In this document: piece after piece, positions 1 through 32,102 of the stretch
Position numbering within the stretch: position 1 is the stretch's first letter
How the letters are laid out: every line of letters begins with the position of its first letter
Source of the DNA: Macrostomum lignano
Lineage: Eukaryota
Assembly: GCA_002269645.1 (NCBI GenBank)
Contig: NIVC01000110.1
Span: 186,001 to 250,000, forward strand
Length of the DNA stretch: 64,000 bases
Direction: 5' to 3'
Notes under the pieces: model-generated
The model's input: only the letters and a program-made list of their open reading frames with translations
What the model was told of the DNA's origin: nothing
Databases searched by the model: none
Made by a program: the position numbers and the translations under genes

Positions 1-78
1 GCGTTGTCAACGTGGGTGTACACTATTTCCGATTGCCAGTACATTTCGATATTGTTGAGAAATACCAATTTTATTTAT

Positions 79-858
79 TTATAGGCTGCCGTCTGAACAG
101 ATTTCCAACCATTCCCTCCACTGTAGAACGGTTCTCTCAATTGATAAAAGTAAATACGCCGCTAGGAGCCCCCGGTTGCTGCTGCGCGCTTCGTAAAGAC
201 AGTTGAGATATGTGTCTCTATTTGCATACGCAAATGATACGGGTTCTGGCAGAATCCGGTTGATCAACTTTGATAATAACAACCTAGCAGTTCTACCATT
301 GCCGTCGCTAAAGGGGTGTATGGTGAGAAACTTTTCTAGGAAATATGCTCCTGTCACTACTGCATCACGCAAGATTTGTGGCTCTTTTATGTCTCTAGTT
401 AATTTTACCAGCTGCCGTTCAATATTTTCTGGGGCACTGTAATACATACTCGCGCCTGCTGGCTTGGCGTGCTTAATTCTATACGATCCTGCATTCGGGA
501 GCAGTCCTCTGCACACGCGTGTGTGAACTTGTCTAACAAACTCTGTGTCAATTAACCCCCTCGTGTCATTGAGGTGTATTGCCGCACTCCATAGATTGGC
601 TGTGACCATACAGGACCGGGTTTTTATCGCTTCTTCTGCTTCCTCCCAAGTCAACGCCACCTCTCTCTCCTCAATGTTTACTTCAGTTACGAATGCCAGC
701 CGGGCTAGATACGTGAATTCTAAGCGCTCCTTTGCGGTCAATCCCTCGATTCTTTTCCTAGTGTCTGATAACAATCTTTCAATGAGGGGTAATCTGGCGC
801 GCACGCTCTCGTTGCTGAAATAGGGGTTATCAGTTATACCCTCTTCCATGTTCTCCAT
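79..858 (-). CDS. Stand-alone Fic/DOC-domain protein (putative AMPylase), intronless
   Basis: Uninterrupted ORF with an intact Fic motif, HPFSDGNGRTAR (consensus HxFx[D/E]GNGRxxR), preceded by the typical 'VHTRVCRGLLPNAGSYR' segment. First ATG at 858; the track starts at GTG 876. AATAAA directly follows and overlaps the TAA stop. No TM or TPR region as in metazoan FICD. Confidence 0.92.
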   Translation of the reverse strand: MENMEEGITDNPYFSNESVRARLPLIERLLSDTRKRIEGLTAKERLEFTYLARLAFVTEVNIEEREVALTWEEAEEAIKTRSCMVTANLWSAAIHLNDTRGLIDTEFVRQVHTRVCRGLLPNAGSYRIKHAKPAGASMYYSAPENIERQLVKLTRDIKEPQILRDAVVTGAYFLEKFLTIHPFSDGNGRTARLLLSKLINRILPEPVSFAYANRDTYLNCLYEARSSNRGLLAAYLLLSIERTVLQWREWLEICSDGSL

Positions 859-1360
859 ACAGAGGGTTTTGTACACTGCTTCTATTTATGGTTGCATTAA
901 CACGTTGCTCGCGGCCTGTCTGTCCCTCTGCAGCCTGGGGGGCTCTCTATCACTCACCGCCGGTCTGTCCCTCTACCACCCCGGCCTGGGGAAGCTCTCT
1001 GTCCCTCCGTGTGACTCACACTCCCTCTCTGTCCACGCCGCGTGCTGCGACATGCCAGGGCAGCGCAGGGTGCCTCCACGCACTCTCTGTCCCAGCACCC
1101 CGTGTCTCTTTGTACCCCACCTCATACTGCTACAGGGGTCGCCTGTTATCTGTCCCCTGCTACAGGGGGATGGCGGCTCTCCACGCACTACCCCTCCTGC
1201 TACAGGGGCTGCTCTCTGTCCCCAGCTACAGGGCTGCTCTCTGTCCCCCGCATGGGGGGCCGGTTGCTCAGTGTACAGGGCTGCGTCAGCATCGGGGGTT
1301 TCCTTCCTACACTAACCGCGTGCACACGACATTGGTGGGAGGGGCGGGAATCCCCCCGCC

Positions 1361-1530
1361 GGATGTACACCCCGAGGGAGGCCCATGCGCTGAAGGTACA
1401 CTCGCTGGACGCCCACCCGGCCGGATGTACACTCGCGGGAGGCCCACCCCGCTGGAGGTACACTTGCTGGACGCCCACCCCGCTGGAGGTACACCCCGGG
1501 GGAGGTGGTACACCCCGAGGGAGCACCTTG
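1361..1530. repeat. Degenerate GC-rich 31-bp tandem repeat, about 5 copies
   Basis: Units such as GGATGTACACCCCGAGGGAGGCCCATGCGCT and GGAGGTACACTTGCTGGACGCCCACCCCGCT. A second loose TGCTACAGGGG..CTGTCCCC repeat lies at about 1125-1250. Confidence 0.75.
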
Positions 1531-1949
1531 CCGCGGTGCTAGAGGCCGACATCAGCCCGACGGACCTTCGCAAAATCAACGGATACGGGTTCATATAGTA
1601 GTCTTGGGCTTATGAAATAAAATGAAAACGATATGAAAATGAAACTTTCTCTACAAAACTATCTCAAAATACAATAGATGAGCATGTTGTACATGCTACA
1701 TGTAAACTATAGAATGGTATATCTTACCGCCCAGAGTAAATGCAATCATGAGATTTTTTCCTATTTCTGCAGTGTATTTTTTTTCAGAAAATGGTCACCT
1801 AAAAACTACACGTCTGTGTTTTACGTCCTGTTGTTATACTACAGTTTCCTGGAAAAATTCCTGCGCAAATGACAGGGACCCCCCAACATATAGCTCCGAT
1901 CCTGTTGCGGGCCAAGATTTGGGGGCATTTCATGTACTGAGCTTGTCTA

Positions 1950-3150
1950 GCAATGGCCAATCCACCTCCGGCCGCACGGCGACCAGACCTGGAAGCAGCG
2001 GGAGGCCTGCTGACCCTCTCGAACGGAATTCCGTCCACGCTCTGCCCTCCGCTCAAATTCAAAACCAGCATTCCACCATGTCATGAAGCAAGGGACAACT
2101 GGAAATCCCGTGAAATCCACTGCTTCACTGACGGGTCCCAAATCAACTCCGCCTCTGGCTACGGCTACTGAATCGTGTCTGGAGGGAGAACTGTGGCGAC
2201 CTTCTCCCAACACACCGGCACCTGCTCCACCGTCTTCCAGAACCGAGTTCTCGCCATCAGCTCCTGCGCCATGGAGCTGTACAATCAGCGCGTCTGGGGG
2301 AAGGAGATTACCCTCCACTCGGACAGTCAAGCGGCGATCCACGCCCTTGAGCGCACCACCACCTGCTCGCGTACAGTCCTGGACTGCATCGGGCAGCTCA
2401 ACCGCTTAGGCGCCTCCAACAAGGTGTCCCTAAGATGGATCCCCGGGCACTCGGGCCACCCCGGCAACGAGTTGGCCGATCGCCTGGCCAAGGCTGGCTC
2501 GACCGGTTTTTTTACTGGTCCACTGCCCGTGGCCCCCACCCCCATCGCCGTTGTCACCACTCGGATCAACCAGTTGGTGGCTTCAAAGCACAGGGAGAGG
2601 TGGGCTAACGCCCCCAACTGCGGGCTGTACTAGTCCCCTGTCCTTCCTCCGCCCTGCGCAAGGCCCTGCTTGGACTCAACCGCAGGGACATCAGGGCGGT
2701 GACCATGGCCCTCGATCGGGTCATGGCATTTTGCCAGGCATCGCCACCTCCAGGGAAAAATCCGCAGTGAGGAATGCCCTTTCTGCCTCTCCTGTGTCGA
2801 GAATGCGGAGCACTTCATTCTGTGAATGCCCCGCCTTTACTCAGGTCAGGCTCACCTACCTCGGCCCGAACCCGGACCAAGGACTACTTAAGAACACATG
2901 ACGTTACACTTGCAAATATTGGCAGAATTCTTAAGTAGTCCTTGACCCGGACCTCTCCGACGTTTTTAGGCCCGAGAATCTCTGCCAGCTCGTCCGCTAC
3001 CTAAGGGCTACCGGGCGAGCGACAATCCACCTCCTGGACTCTCCGGAGGGGGACCGCGCTGCGGACACCGGCACCACCTGAACTCTCCCTGTGCGACACC
3101 GCAGCACTAGCTGCCCGTGGTCGCCAGGGGTTAGCGAAATGGGCGGCAAA
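1950..3150 (+). mobile_element. 5'-truncated, decayed non-LTR retrotransposon 3' part (RNase H plus C-terminal zinc knuckle; I/LOA-type)
   Basis: Motifs CFTDGSQ...STVFQ..VLAI...LHSDSQAAI...[19 protein letters not shown] match RNase HI of non-LTR elements. In-frame TGA at 2169-2171. The catalytic Glu position reads 'FQNRV'. A frameshifted 'C..C....EHFI.ECPAF' follows. Boundaries are approximate. Confidence 0.85.
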
Positions 3151-3906
3151 GCCTCCTCGCTGTTTCCGGACGCACGGAGCCCCCTGCAGCTAAGTCAAGT
3201 AAATCAATGGCCAATTCAAGGGACTCAATGCGAGGTGTCTATTGGAAAAGCTTAGACAGTCACTGGAAGGACTGGTGCATAAGGGAATTCTTTTGACTAG
3301 GGCGCAAAGGTAGCGTACGTGGCCAATTATTTCTTACATGTAAATTATTTTCCTCTCGTTCCAGTGCAAAAAGCAGCGAGTTTCAACTTACTCAACTTTC
3401 AACTTCCCGCTCAAAAAAATTCAAATGGTAAGTGAGCGTGTAGATCTGAAAAAAATATTGTTCACCAGCTAGATTTGCTGTGCAGACTGAAATTTCACAG
3501 AGAGCAGCTAAGTTGAAAGAAATTTCAGATTAGATTGTAAAGTTGCAGAACAGAAGAGAAGTTATTGACAAGCATTAGTTTTAATTGCAACTGAATATAA
3601 AAAACAGAGCAGAAAGAAATTTACCCTTTTGTTTGTTTATTACTTTGGTCATTACTTACTTATTATTAATTATACAATGTGTTAATCTCTTCTTTCTTCG
3701 AAACTATTTTAAACTTGTACCACGGCATGTCGGATGCCTGCAGCTGCTTGTATGTACGCAGTACGCACGCATCATCCTAGCATTGTCTCCACGCAGGTCA
3801 GGGTCACAACCAATCATTCGAAAACACGAAATTAAAATTTCGAATATATTAGTCTTATTAATTTGTCGCAATTAGTCAGGAAGAGAAACTGGAAAGTTCA
3901 GTTTCT

Positions 3907-23044
<19,138 letters not shown>

Positions 23045-23801
23045 TTCATATAGATGGTACATTTGACCTCCAATTGTTGTTTTTTGTTTCCTTTTAAAGT
23101 TAGCTATTGGTCAAGTTTATTTCGATACATATCGGCACTATGTATGTATTATTGTAAACCTTGGTTATTGATTACTTTCAGTTAGTTCTATATATTATTA
23201 ATATTTTCTGTAGATGCGGCATATTAATGCTCTCCATTTCTGCTATATACTACTGATGCTGATGCGTTAACTCAGTAGCATCAAAAATATTTTATGAAAT
23301 TGAAATTTCATGTCAAAAAAATAAATAAGAAAAAGCTCAGAAAATTAGCGAGTCATTTTATTGAGTGAAACCAACATAAAATCCGGACATTTTTCATTTG
23401 TCCCGTGTTCTTTTAATAATAGAAATCTACTAGCGTTTCTTTGTTACTACAAGTAGTCAGTCTGGAAAAAGATAAAAAATTATATGTATATTTAAAATAA
23501 AGTCGCGTTAAAAGAAATTAATAAATCAGAGTCAAGTTAAGCCACAAGTAAGCCCATTTTCACGCACAGAGTTCAGCTGTTATCCAATTTCAATTGGTTT
23601 AAAAGCAAAAATTGAGTTAAAAATTGCAGCGCAAAGCTGAGAGTGTGGAGCAGTGAGAACTTCAGTTCACTGTGCAAAGAAGGACGGAGTTTTTAATAAA
23701 TGAATAACAGACACTCCTGCTGTACTACTGAGGATTCCAATAGGGATAAGTAGTATTCATTTAGCTACCGTGGTGCAGAAGAATAAAAAACGATCTTTAG
23801 G

Positions 23802-26800
23802 TCACTCGCAGCTGCCCATACTGGACGTGCGGTATTGCAGCATCTCGCCTCCGGCATTGTGCCAGTACAGGAAGGCGAAAGTGACCACGGCGTGCCACCA
23901 CTGGTGCGATGAACCGATGTAGTCAACTTTGCCTGAGGGCGATGGGTGAGTTTAATATTAGAGCAATTGAGGATCTGGGAGGCTGGTAGCCCAGCAACTG
24001 ACACTCTGGGAGGCTGGCCAAGCAACTGAGGATCTGGGAGGCTGGCCCAGCAACTGAGGATCTGGGAGGCTGGCCCAGCAACTGAGGATCTGGGAGGCTG
24101 GTAACACAGCAACTGAGGATCTGGGAGGCTGGTAACACAGCAACTGAGGATCTGGGAGGCTGGTAACACAGCAACTGAGGATCTGGGAGGCTGGCCAAGC
24201 AACTGAGGATCTGGGAGGCTGGCCCAGCAACTGAGGATCTGGGAGGCTGGTAGCCCAGAAACTGAGGATCTGGGAGGCTGGCCCAGCAACTGAGGATCTG
24301 GGAGGCTGGCCCAGCAACTGAGGATCTGGGAGGCTGGTAGCCCAGCAACTGACACTCTGGGAGGCTGGCCAAGCAACTGAGGATCTGGGAGGCTGGCCCA
24401 GCAACTGAGGATCTGGGAGGCTGGTAGCCCAGAAACTGAGGATCTGGGAGGCTGGCCCAGCAACTGAGGATCTGGGAGGCTGGTAACACAGCAACTGAGG
24501 ATCTGGGAGGCTGGTAACACAGCAACTGAGGATCTGGGAGGCTGGTAACACAGCAACTGAGGATCTGGGAGGCTGGTAACACAGCAACTGAGGATCTGGG
24601 AGGCTGGCCAAGCAACTGAGGATCTGGGAGGCTGGCCCAGCAACTGAGGATCTGGGAGGCTGGTAGCCCAGAAACTGAGGATCTGGGAGGCTGGCCCAGC
24701 AACTGAGGATCTGGGAGGCTGGCCCAGCAACTGAGGATCTGGGAAGCTGGCCCAGCAACTGGCGGCTGCAAGCACGCGGTGATACCCCCCTCAGAGGCAA
24801 GCGAAACTCACCAGGCAGAATGCACTCAGGAAATTTGCTGACATAGAAGAACAGGCCTAGCATGGCAAGAAAGTACACGACGACAATCTTGTGGAAGAAG
24901 AGCTGCAATAACAGGCAGTAGGGTAGAATGCTATTAAAAGCATATATGCAAATATAAAAATGACAGTTGGCTTCTTGCATATGTACATGTGTACTCATCA
25001 CACATGTACATGTACTATAAAATACTCAAAATATGGCATAGCTAGCTATAATCGTACTCATTATATCTATACATTATCAACATGATATCACATTTAATCC
25101 TGACCCAATCATTCATCAAACATTTGATCCCATCCAACGATCTCATATGAGATTCTATCCCATGTTCCTACATGATATCTCATTAGTCATAATCCCACAT
25201 ACATGTACATGTGAGACCCCATGATCCCAAATGAGATTCCATGATCCCACATAAGACCCCATGATCCCAAATGAGATTCCATGATCCCACATAAGACCCC
25301 ATGATCCCAAATGAGATTCCATGATCCCACATAAGACCCCATGATCCCAAATGAGATTCCATGATCCCACATAAGACCCCATGATCCCAAATGAGATTCC
25401 ATGATCCCACATAAGACCCCATGATCCCAAATGAGATTCCATGATCCCACATAAGACCCCATGATCCCAAATGAGATTCCATGATCCCACATAAGACCCC
25501 ATGATCCCAAATGAGATTCCATGATCCCACATAAGACCCCATGATCCCAAATGAGATTCCATGATCATACATAAGACCCCATGATCCCAAATGAGATTCC
25601 ATGATCCCACATAAGACCCCATGATCCCAAATGAGATTCCATGATCCCAAATGAGATTCCATGATCCCACATAAGACCCCATGATCCCAAATGAGATTCC
25701 ATGATCCCACATAAGACCCCATGATCCCAAATGAGATTCCATGATCCCAAATGAGATTCCATGATCCCACATAAGACCCCATGATCCCAAATGAGATTCC
25801 ATGATCCCACATAAGACCCCATGATCCCAAATGAGATCCCATGATCCCAAATGAGATCCCATGATCCCAAATGAGACCCCATGATCCCAAATGAGATCCC
25901 ATGATCCCAAATGAGATCCCATTATCCCAAATGAGACCCCATGATCCCAAATGAGATCCCATGATCCCACATAAGACCCCATGATCCCACATGAGATGCT
26001 ATGAACCCAACTAAGATCCCACGACTCCATATGAGATCCCATCATAAAAAATCCCTATTTGATCCCCATGCTATAGTATCTAACTTTCGATGCATTACTT
26101 GATTCTACCTCCTGCTAGCCTAAAACTAAAAGTTCCCTTAGATCTTAAAACATCAACTTTAATCCTCTCAGCTCACCGACACCACCGGTGCTCCGAAGCC
26201 GCCATTAAGGTAGACCCAGTGCACCGCCGGCAGGGTGCCGAAGCCTGCCAGGCAGCAGTACATCGGCAGCAGCACACGTTTGAAGGCTTTGGAGTGACCT
26301 CTGGTCTGCAGGGAGCAGTACAGGGCCAGCAGGCACAGCGAGCAGCTGACAAACAGGTAGATATCGCGCCACAGCTGGAATGAGATGGTGAAGGTGCGAG
26401 CGCATTGCGTATAATGTTTAGCTGGCAGTGTTTAGTAAGTACAAAAACTTTATTTGACTTGTGACTCAGAACTCTCACCCTACGAGATTAATGCTACGGA
26501 GCTCTTACCCAATGAGATTTAAGCTACGGAACTCTCACCCAATGAGATTTGAGCTACAGAACTCTCACTCCATGAGATTTGAGCTACAGAACTCTCACTC
26601 CATGAGATTTGAGCTCCGGAACTCTCACTCCATGAGATTTGAAGCTACGGAACTCTCACTCCATGAGATTTAAGCTACGGAACTCTCACTCCATGAGATT
26701 TGAGCTCCGGAACTCTCACTCCATGAGATTTGAAGCTACGGAACTCTCACTCCATGAGATTTAAGCTACGGAACTCTCACTCCATGAGATTTAAGCTACG

Positions 26801-28797
26801 GAACTCTCACCCCATGAGATTTAAGCAACGGAACTCTCACCCCATCAGATTTAAGCTACAGAACTCTCACCCTATGAGATTTGAAGCTACGGAACTTTCA
26901 CCCCATGAGATTTAAGTTCTGGAACTCTCACCCCATCAGATTTAAGCTACGGAACTCTTACCCCATGAGATTTAAGCTACGGAACTCTCACCCCATCAGA
27001 TTTAAGCTACGGAACTCTTACCCCATGAGATTTAAGCTACGGAACTTTCACCCCATGAGATTTAAGTTCTGGAACTCTCACCCCATCAGATTTAAGCTAC
27101 GGAACTCTTACCCCATGAGATTTAAGCTACGGAACTCTCACCCTATGAGATTTGAAGCTACGGAACTTTCACCCCATGAGATTTAAGTTCTGGAACTCTC
27201 ACCCCATCAGATTTAAGCTACGGAACTCTTACCCCATGAGATTTAAGCTACGGAACTCTCACCCCATCAGATTTAAGCTACGGAACTCTTACCCCATGAG
27301 ATTTAAGCTACGGAACTTTCACCCCATGAGATTTAAGTTCTGGAACTCTCACCCCATCAGATTTAAGCTACGGAACTCTTACCCCATGAGATTTAAGCTA
27401 CGGAACTCTCACCCTATGAGATTTGAAGCTACGGAACTTTCACCCCATGAGATTTAAGTTCTGGAACTCTCACCCCATCAGATTTAAGCTACGGAACTCT
27501 TACCGCATAAGATTTAAGCTACGGAACTCTCACCCCATGAGATTTAAGCTACAGAACTCTCACCCTATGAGATTTGAAGCTACGGAACTTTCACCCCATG
27601 AGATTTAAGTTCTGGAACTCTCACCCCATCAGATTTAAGCTACGGAACTCTTACCGCATAAGATTTAAGCTACGGAACTCTCACCCCATGGGATTTGAAG
27701 CTACGGAACTCTTATCCAATGAGACTTAAAGCTACGGAAGCTGTAAAATAAGCATATCACACTTACGGACAAGCAGTAGAAGCCGAAGTGCACAGAAGGC
27801 AGGTAGCAACCGATGAGGCCAACGCAAATGCCAGCTTGATCAATGCTGAGCCAACGCCAAAACGCTCGCTCCGAATGGCACTTGAATGTGTGATAGCCTG
27901 ACGAGCAGAGCATACAGAACTGTAAAATAATTAAATTACGAGCGTAAAATGCGGTTTGCTCTACTTAAACTAGCTAAATTTAGAAAAATGATATCAACAG
28001 TGTATAAAAATAGATTTTAACTGACCTGAAAACACATTAGCGCTCCAGTAACAATGAGATGATCGGCCAATGTGCCATTATACAGAGGAATGAATATTAT
28101 GTTATCGACCAGCATGAGCAGGAAGAATAGGCCGAATCCAAATAGATGCGACCAGATGTTTATGGTCTCATTGGTCCATCGGAATACGCTGAAATTTAAT
28201 TTAATTAGACTTCAGTTTTTTAGTCATTGGAGTTAAGCTTAAAAGTTGAGGCCCAGCAGCTGAGGATCTGGGAGGCTGGCCCAGCAACTGACACTCTGGG
28301 AGGCTGGCCCAGCAACTGAGGGTCTGGGAGGCTGGCCCAGCAACTGAGGGTCTGGGAGGCTGGCCTAGCAACTGAGGGTCTGGGAGGCTGGCCCAGCAAC
28401 TGAGGATCTGGGAGGCTGGCCCAGCAACTGAGAATCTGGGAAGCGTACTATCTAGACTCTAGAGTGTATCCATTAAACCTGACAGTCCTCACCTCCTGAT
28501 GCAGCCGAAGCCTGACAGGTATGCTGTGTACCCCTCCCGGATGTGGCCGTTATGCCGCAGGAAGTGTGGCACATCGCTGTACTTCAAAACGTCAATGTCT
28601 GCCGTGTGGCACAGGGCAGTCACCGCGCCTCTTTGCCGCACCCCATCCTCTGCGCCAGCTGTCATTGAGGTCCCGAGTTCGAGCTCCGTAGTGTCCAATT
28701 TAATGTCCAACACATGGAAACTCGAACGCGATCCCGCTGAGCGTCGGAGACCGCTGCCCAGGGCGGCACCAGGGCCCGACAGCATGGCTGTTGCCAT
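23802..28797 (-). CDS. PAQR3: Progestin and adipoQ receptor family member 3-like (7TM, HlyIII/PAQR), 6 exons, about 346 aa
   Basis: Exons 28797-28493, 28188-28026, 27919-27767, 26374-26177, 24902-24812, 23932-23802 (sum 1041 nt), all GT-AG and phase-consistent. Motifs: NGHIREGY, WTNETINIWSHL, CMLCSSGYHTFKCH, DQAGI..G..G.Y, PAVHWVYLNGG, FYVSKFPEC..PG, YIGSSHQWWH. Confidence 0.93.
23965..24762 (-). repeat. 28-bp minisatellite family X (PAQR3 intron 5) with about 351-bp higher-order duplication
   Basis: Plus-strand unit ACTGAGGATCTGGGAGGCTGGCCCAGCA; the variant GACACTCTGG occurs at 24000 and 24351. Confidence 0.94.
25205..26040. repeat. 20-bp/40-bp dimeric minisatellite (PAQR3 intron 4)
   Basis: Alternating ATGATCCCAAATGAGATTCC and ATGATCCCACATAAGACCCC. 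Confidence 0.95.
26465..27735. repeat. 30-bp minisatellite with 271-bp higher-order repeat (PAQR3 intron 3)
   Basis: Unit GAGATTTAAGCTACGGAACTCTCACCCCAT; identical blocks begin at 26881, 27152 and 27423. Confidence 0.95.
28252..28443 (-). repeat. 28-bp minisatellite family X (PAQR3 intron 1)
   Basis: About 7 copies of the same unit as intron 5, including the GACACTCTGG variant. Confidence 0.93.
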
Positions 28798-31700
28798 GGA
28801 GACAAGAATCTGGTCAACTAACTGCTCTAGACTGAGCCAGCTGGTGCCTGCAATCACAAAAAATGCATCCAAATAATCTTTAGGAATTGAAATTTTTGCC
28901 AGTGTAAGCATCAAAATTGAATACCCTTGCACAGATCAAAAGTCCCTCTATGCAACAGACCTCATTCTTAGCACTGTCAGGACACCCTCTAGATGCCCAG
29001 CATAGGGGTGGTGGCAGAACCACTTCAAGCAGTTCCTACCTTCAAAACTCCTTGGCCATAATTGGGATTAGAACAGTGGGACCTTGCTATTGGACCACAA
29101 ACCCAAGCTATCAATTCTTCATCCATGAGTATCATTCCCCATGTGACTTCATAATCAAGTGTGTTGTTCTACTCTTGATAAGCTGATACTTGGTTGTAAA
29201 AAAAAACATGTCTATTGTGCCAGTCTTTATATCACATTCCAATTCAAAGCTCACTGTCAATTTCCTGTTTTGGCAGATAATTTGCTTGCTTATTTATCTT
29301 TTTCCCTATACTATGTATAGTGAAAAATTGATAGGCCTACACATAAACATTTGTTTACATGCCTTATTACAAGCTTAAAAACTAGAAAGCATGAAATTTA
29401 TGCTTAAAAAGTAACTTTTCAATCTTCAATCTTTTCAAATCAATTTCAAAGATTCAATCTTTCTTCTAGTGTGATGACATGATAGATACATTAATTTTTA
29501 ACTTGATATTCTAATAAAGTATTTCTTGATGAAAAATTAATCAATTTAAACAAAAAATATTTGCATACTTTGGAATTGGTCACTTGATATCATAATGTAT
29601 ATAATTTACAACTATATATTTTAAAATAATTGATAACACTAAACTAATTGAAAGTTAATTTACATAAAACAAAGCAAAAAATATGCATAAGCAATACAGA
29701 GGAACAATATAAAATTGCTATAGAAATTTTGTAGCCTTTGGTGACTTCGTCTCTTAACCCTGTATTCCATTACTTTTAAAATGAAATTTTGAAAATATAT
29801 TTTTTTCATATCATATCTTAATATCTTTATCATGTTGCATCACCAGTGCCCTTTGCTATTGTCTATTGCACAATAAAACAAACAAAATGAAAAGGAAATT
29901 TGTAGTATAAAGCCTAATAAAAGTTTTTTATTGATGTGTGAAGTCTGATGAGGGTGATGAGAATGATAATTTCTTACAAATTGATCTAACCTATATTTTT
30001 CAGTATTGAGATCGAGTAGATGATATTGAACAAACTATTTTCTAAATATAAGTACATTAACTATTGGATAGCTAGGACTAATCTAGTAAAAACTCAATCT
30101 CCAAAAATTAAGTTTTTTTGTTCTCCTTGTCATTGTCATAGGAATCTTAGTACTGACCACTGTCACTGACACAGTTCAGTTCGTAACAAATATAGTCAAA
30201 TAACCTAGCAAAGTGAACTCAAAGGCAAAAATTGGGAGAACTTTGACTTATCAGTTCTCCTTTCATTATGAAGCTCCAATAAAAAATACCTTGTCCAGTA
30301 AAAATAATAGAAATATCTGGTTAGAATTCAATTAATATGAATGTACAGCACTGGTAAAAGTGCATGGACTTAATTCGCGGTCTAATCTGATCCAACTAGG
30401 CATCGATTTATCGCCATAATTACTAAGCAACGAATAAACTATAACAAACCACAGATGCTATAAATAGGAAAAATGCTAACCTAGAACTAACTGTCGAAAA
30501 ATAACAGTAAAATAACACAAGAGTGTAAATTAATTGAAATAAATAAAAACAAATCTTACAAATGGGTACGGTATTCTAACTTATTATTTTAGCTTTTCAT
30601 TTTTCCGAAAACACAACAGAACAGAAAATAACTATCTAATTACAGTCGCTATTTACGCTTGTATATCTAAGTAGTTGACTCACTAATCACCAGTGTGTAT
30701 ACCAATTAATATTAACAATTAGGGAATGGGAACAGTAATTTGAACTCTAAAAAAACAACTTAAGCAGAGCCGGATAAGCAAATAATGTGCATGTTGTGCT
30801 GTGTACTGAAGTAGAGGCAAAATGAAGTAGATTCGAGGAAGCGATTGCAGGCTAGAGGCCGGTGCGCACTTTACAGAGTATATTTATGCAGGTTTCGAAC
30901 AAATACATGTAGTAGATGATAACTAGCATGATTTAGCAAACAACAGAAACCCCCCCCCCCCTAGGCCGGTCTGGGCAGACAGACAAACCCCCAAGCCAAT
31001 CAGATCAGCAGAACCTAAGGCCGCAAGACAACATCACCCCCCCCCCGAAAAGCAACGAGAAGCACGCATGGGGAACACAACAGTCCATAAAGTGTGCGCA
31101 GTCAAAAGTTAAGTGAAGTTCGTTTATCGATTTGACTGTAAACCAGATCTAGACCTTCTTGTTCGGCCGCTTCGTCTCAGCAAAGTCGGCGGCGTCTCGT
31201 TGGCAATCGCGCCCCTGTCGGCGCGGCACTATAGCGCTCAACTGCAAATGCCGCCGCCGTTGCCGTTGGAATCAAGGAATCCGGTGGGGCCGGATGCTTC
31301 GGCTCCCACTGGTTCAGAGGTCCCCTTGGATGTGGCCGACCGATCATCAGCTCAGCCAGCATCAGACCCGTACTGGTTGCAATGTCAACCGCGGTAGCAT
31401 TACAGGAACTCGGGATTGCCTCCTTGAGGTGCGCCTTCAGCGACTCCTTGAGGGTAGGGTACCGGTTGAGGCAGCTCGACGTCAGTCACGATCTTTCCTC
31501 CTTATCAAAAGCAATTAAACAATCCTCCGTGAAAAATCCCACTAAAACTCAAAGTACACATGCGCTTAAAAGAGCTTTGGAGAGCAAGACTAAGGTGAGG
31601 AGGTCCTACCTAGGCGAGAAAAGATCCAAGTGAGAGGATCATTTCGATACTGGGTTTTGAAAAAAAGTCTGCATAACTGTAGCTTGCGGCTTTGGCCTGC

Positions 31701-32102
31701 TGAGCAGGCCATGACACTATTTTTTATACAGAAAACATTTGTAGATCACGGTAGAGTTTTTCTATCTGATGTAGTCTTTTTTAATAAGAAACAGTAAAAA
31801 TTAATAAGAATAAATTGCTATAACGTAAACAATGTTTGACAGCTAAACAGCAACAATAACATAACCTGTTTATAACCGGCACAACTTCGGTTTGCCGCTC
31901 TAAATTATTTTCCGGAGTTTTTGACACTTACTTTAATTCTGTAAAACCTGCGTTACTGATTCTTTTCCGGCATTTCCTTGACTATTACCTTGTTTCACTC
32001 GTTGAGACTTTTTACCCTGTGACTTTTTACTTTTTTTCTTTTACATTTTTAGACTGAAAGTTTAAAAGAATCCAGAAAATAATATAGAGCGGGAAACCGA
32101 AG

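Noticed and set aside
888-1598. 236-aa plus-strand ORF ending in an HhH-like 'DLRKINGYG'
   Set aside because: It is built from GC-rich, frame-breaking repeats, several frames are open by chance, and the motif match is too short.
31060-31680. Overlapping short ORFs in a GC-richer patch
   Set aside because: No recognisable motif in six frames and frequent stops; at most an unidentified TE relic.
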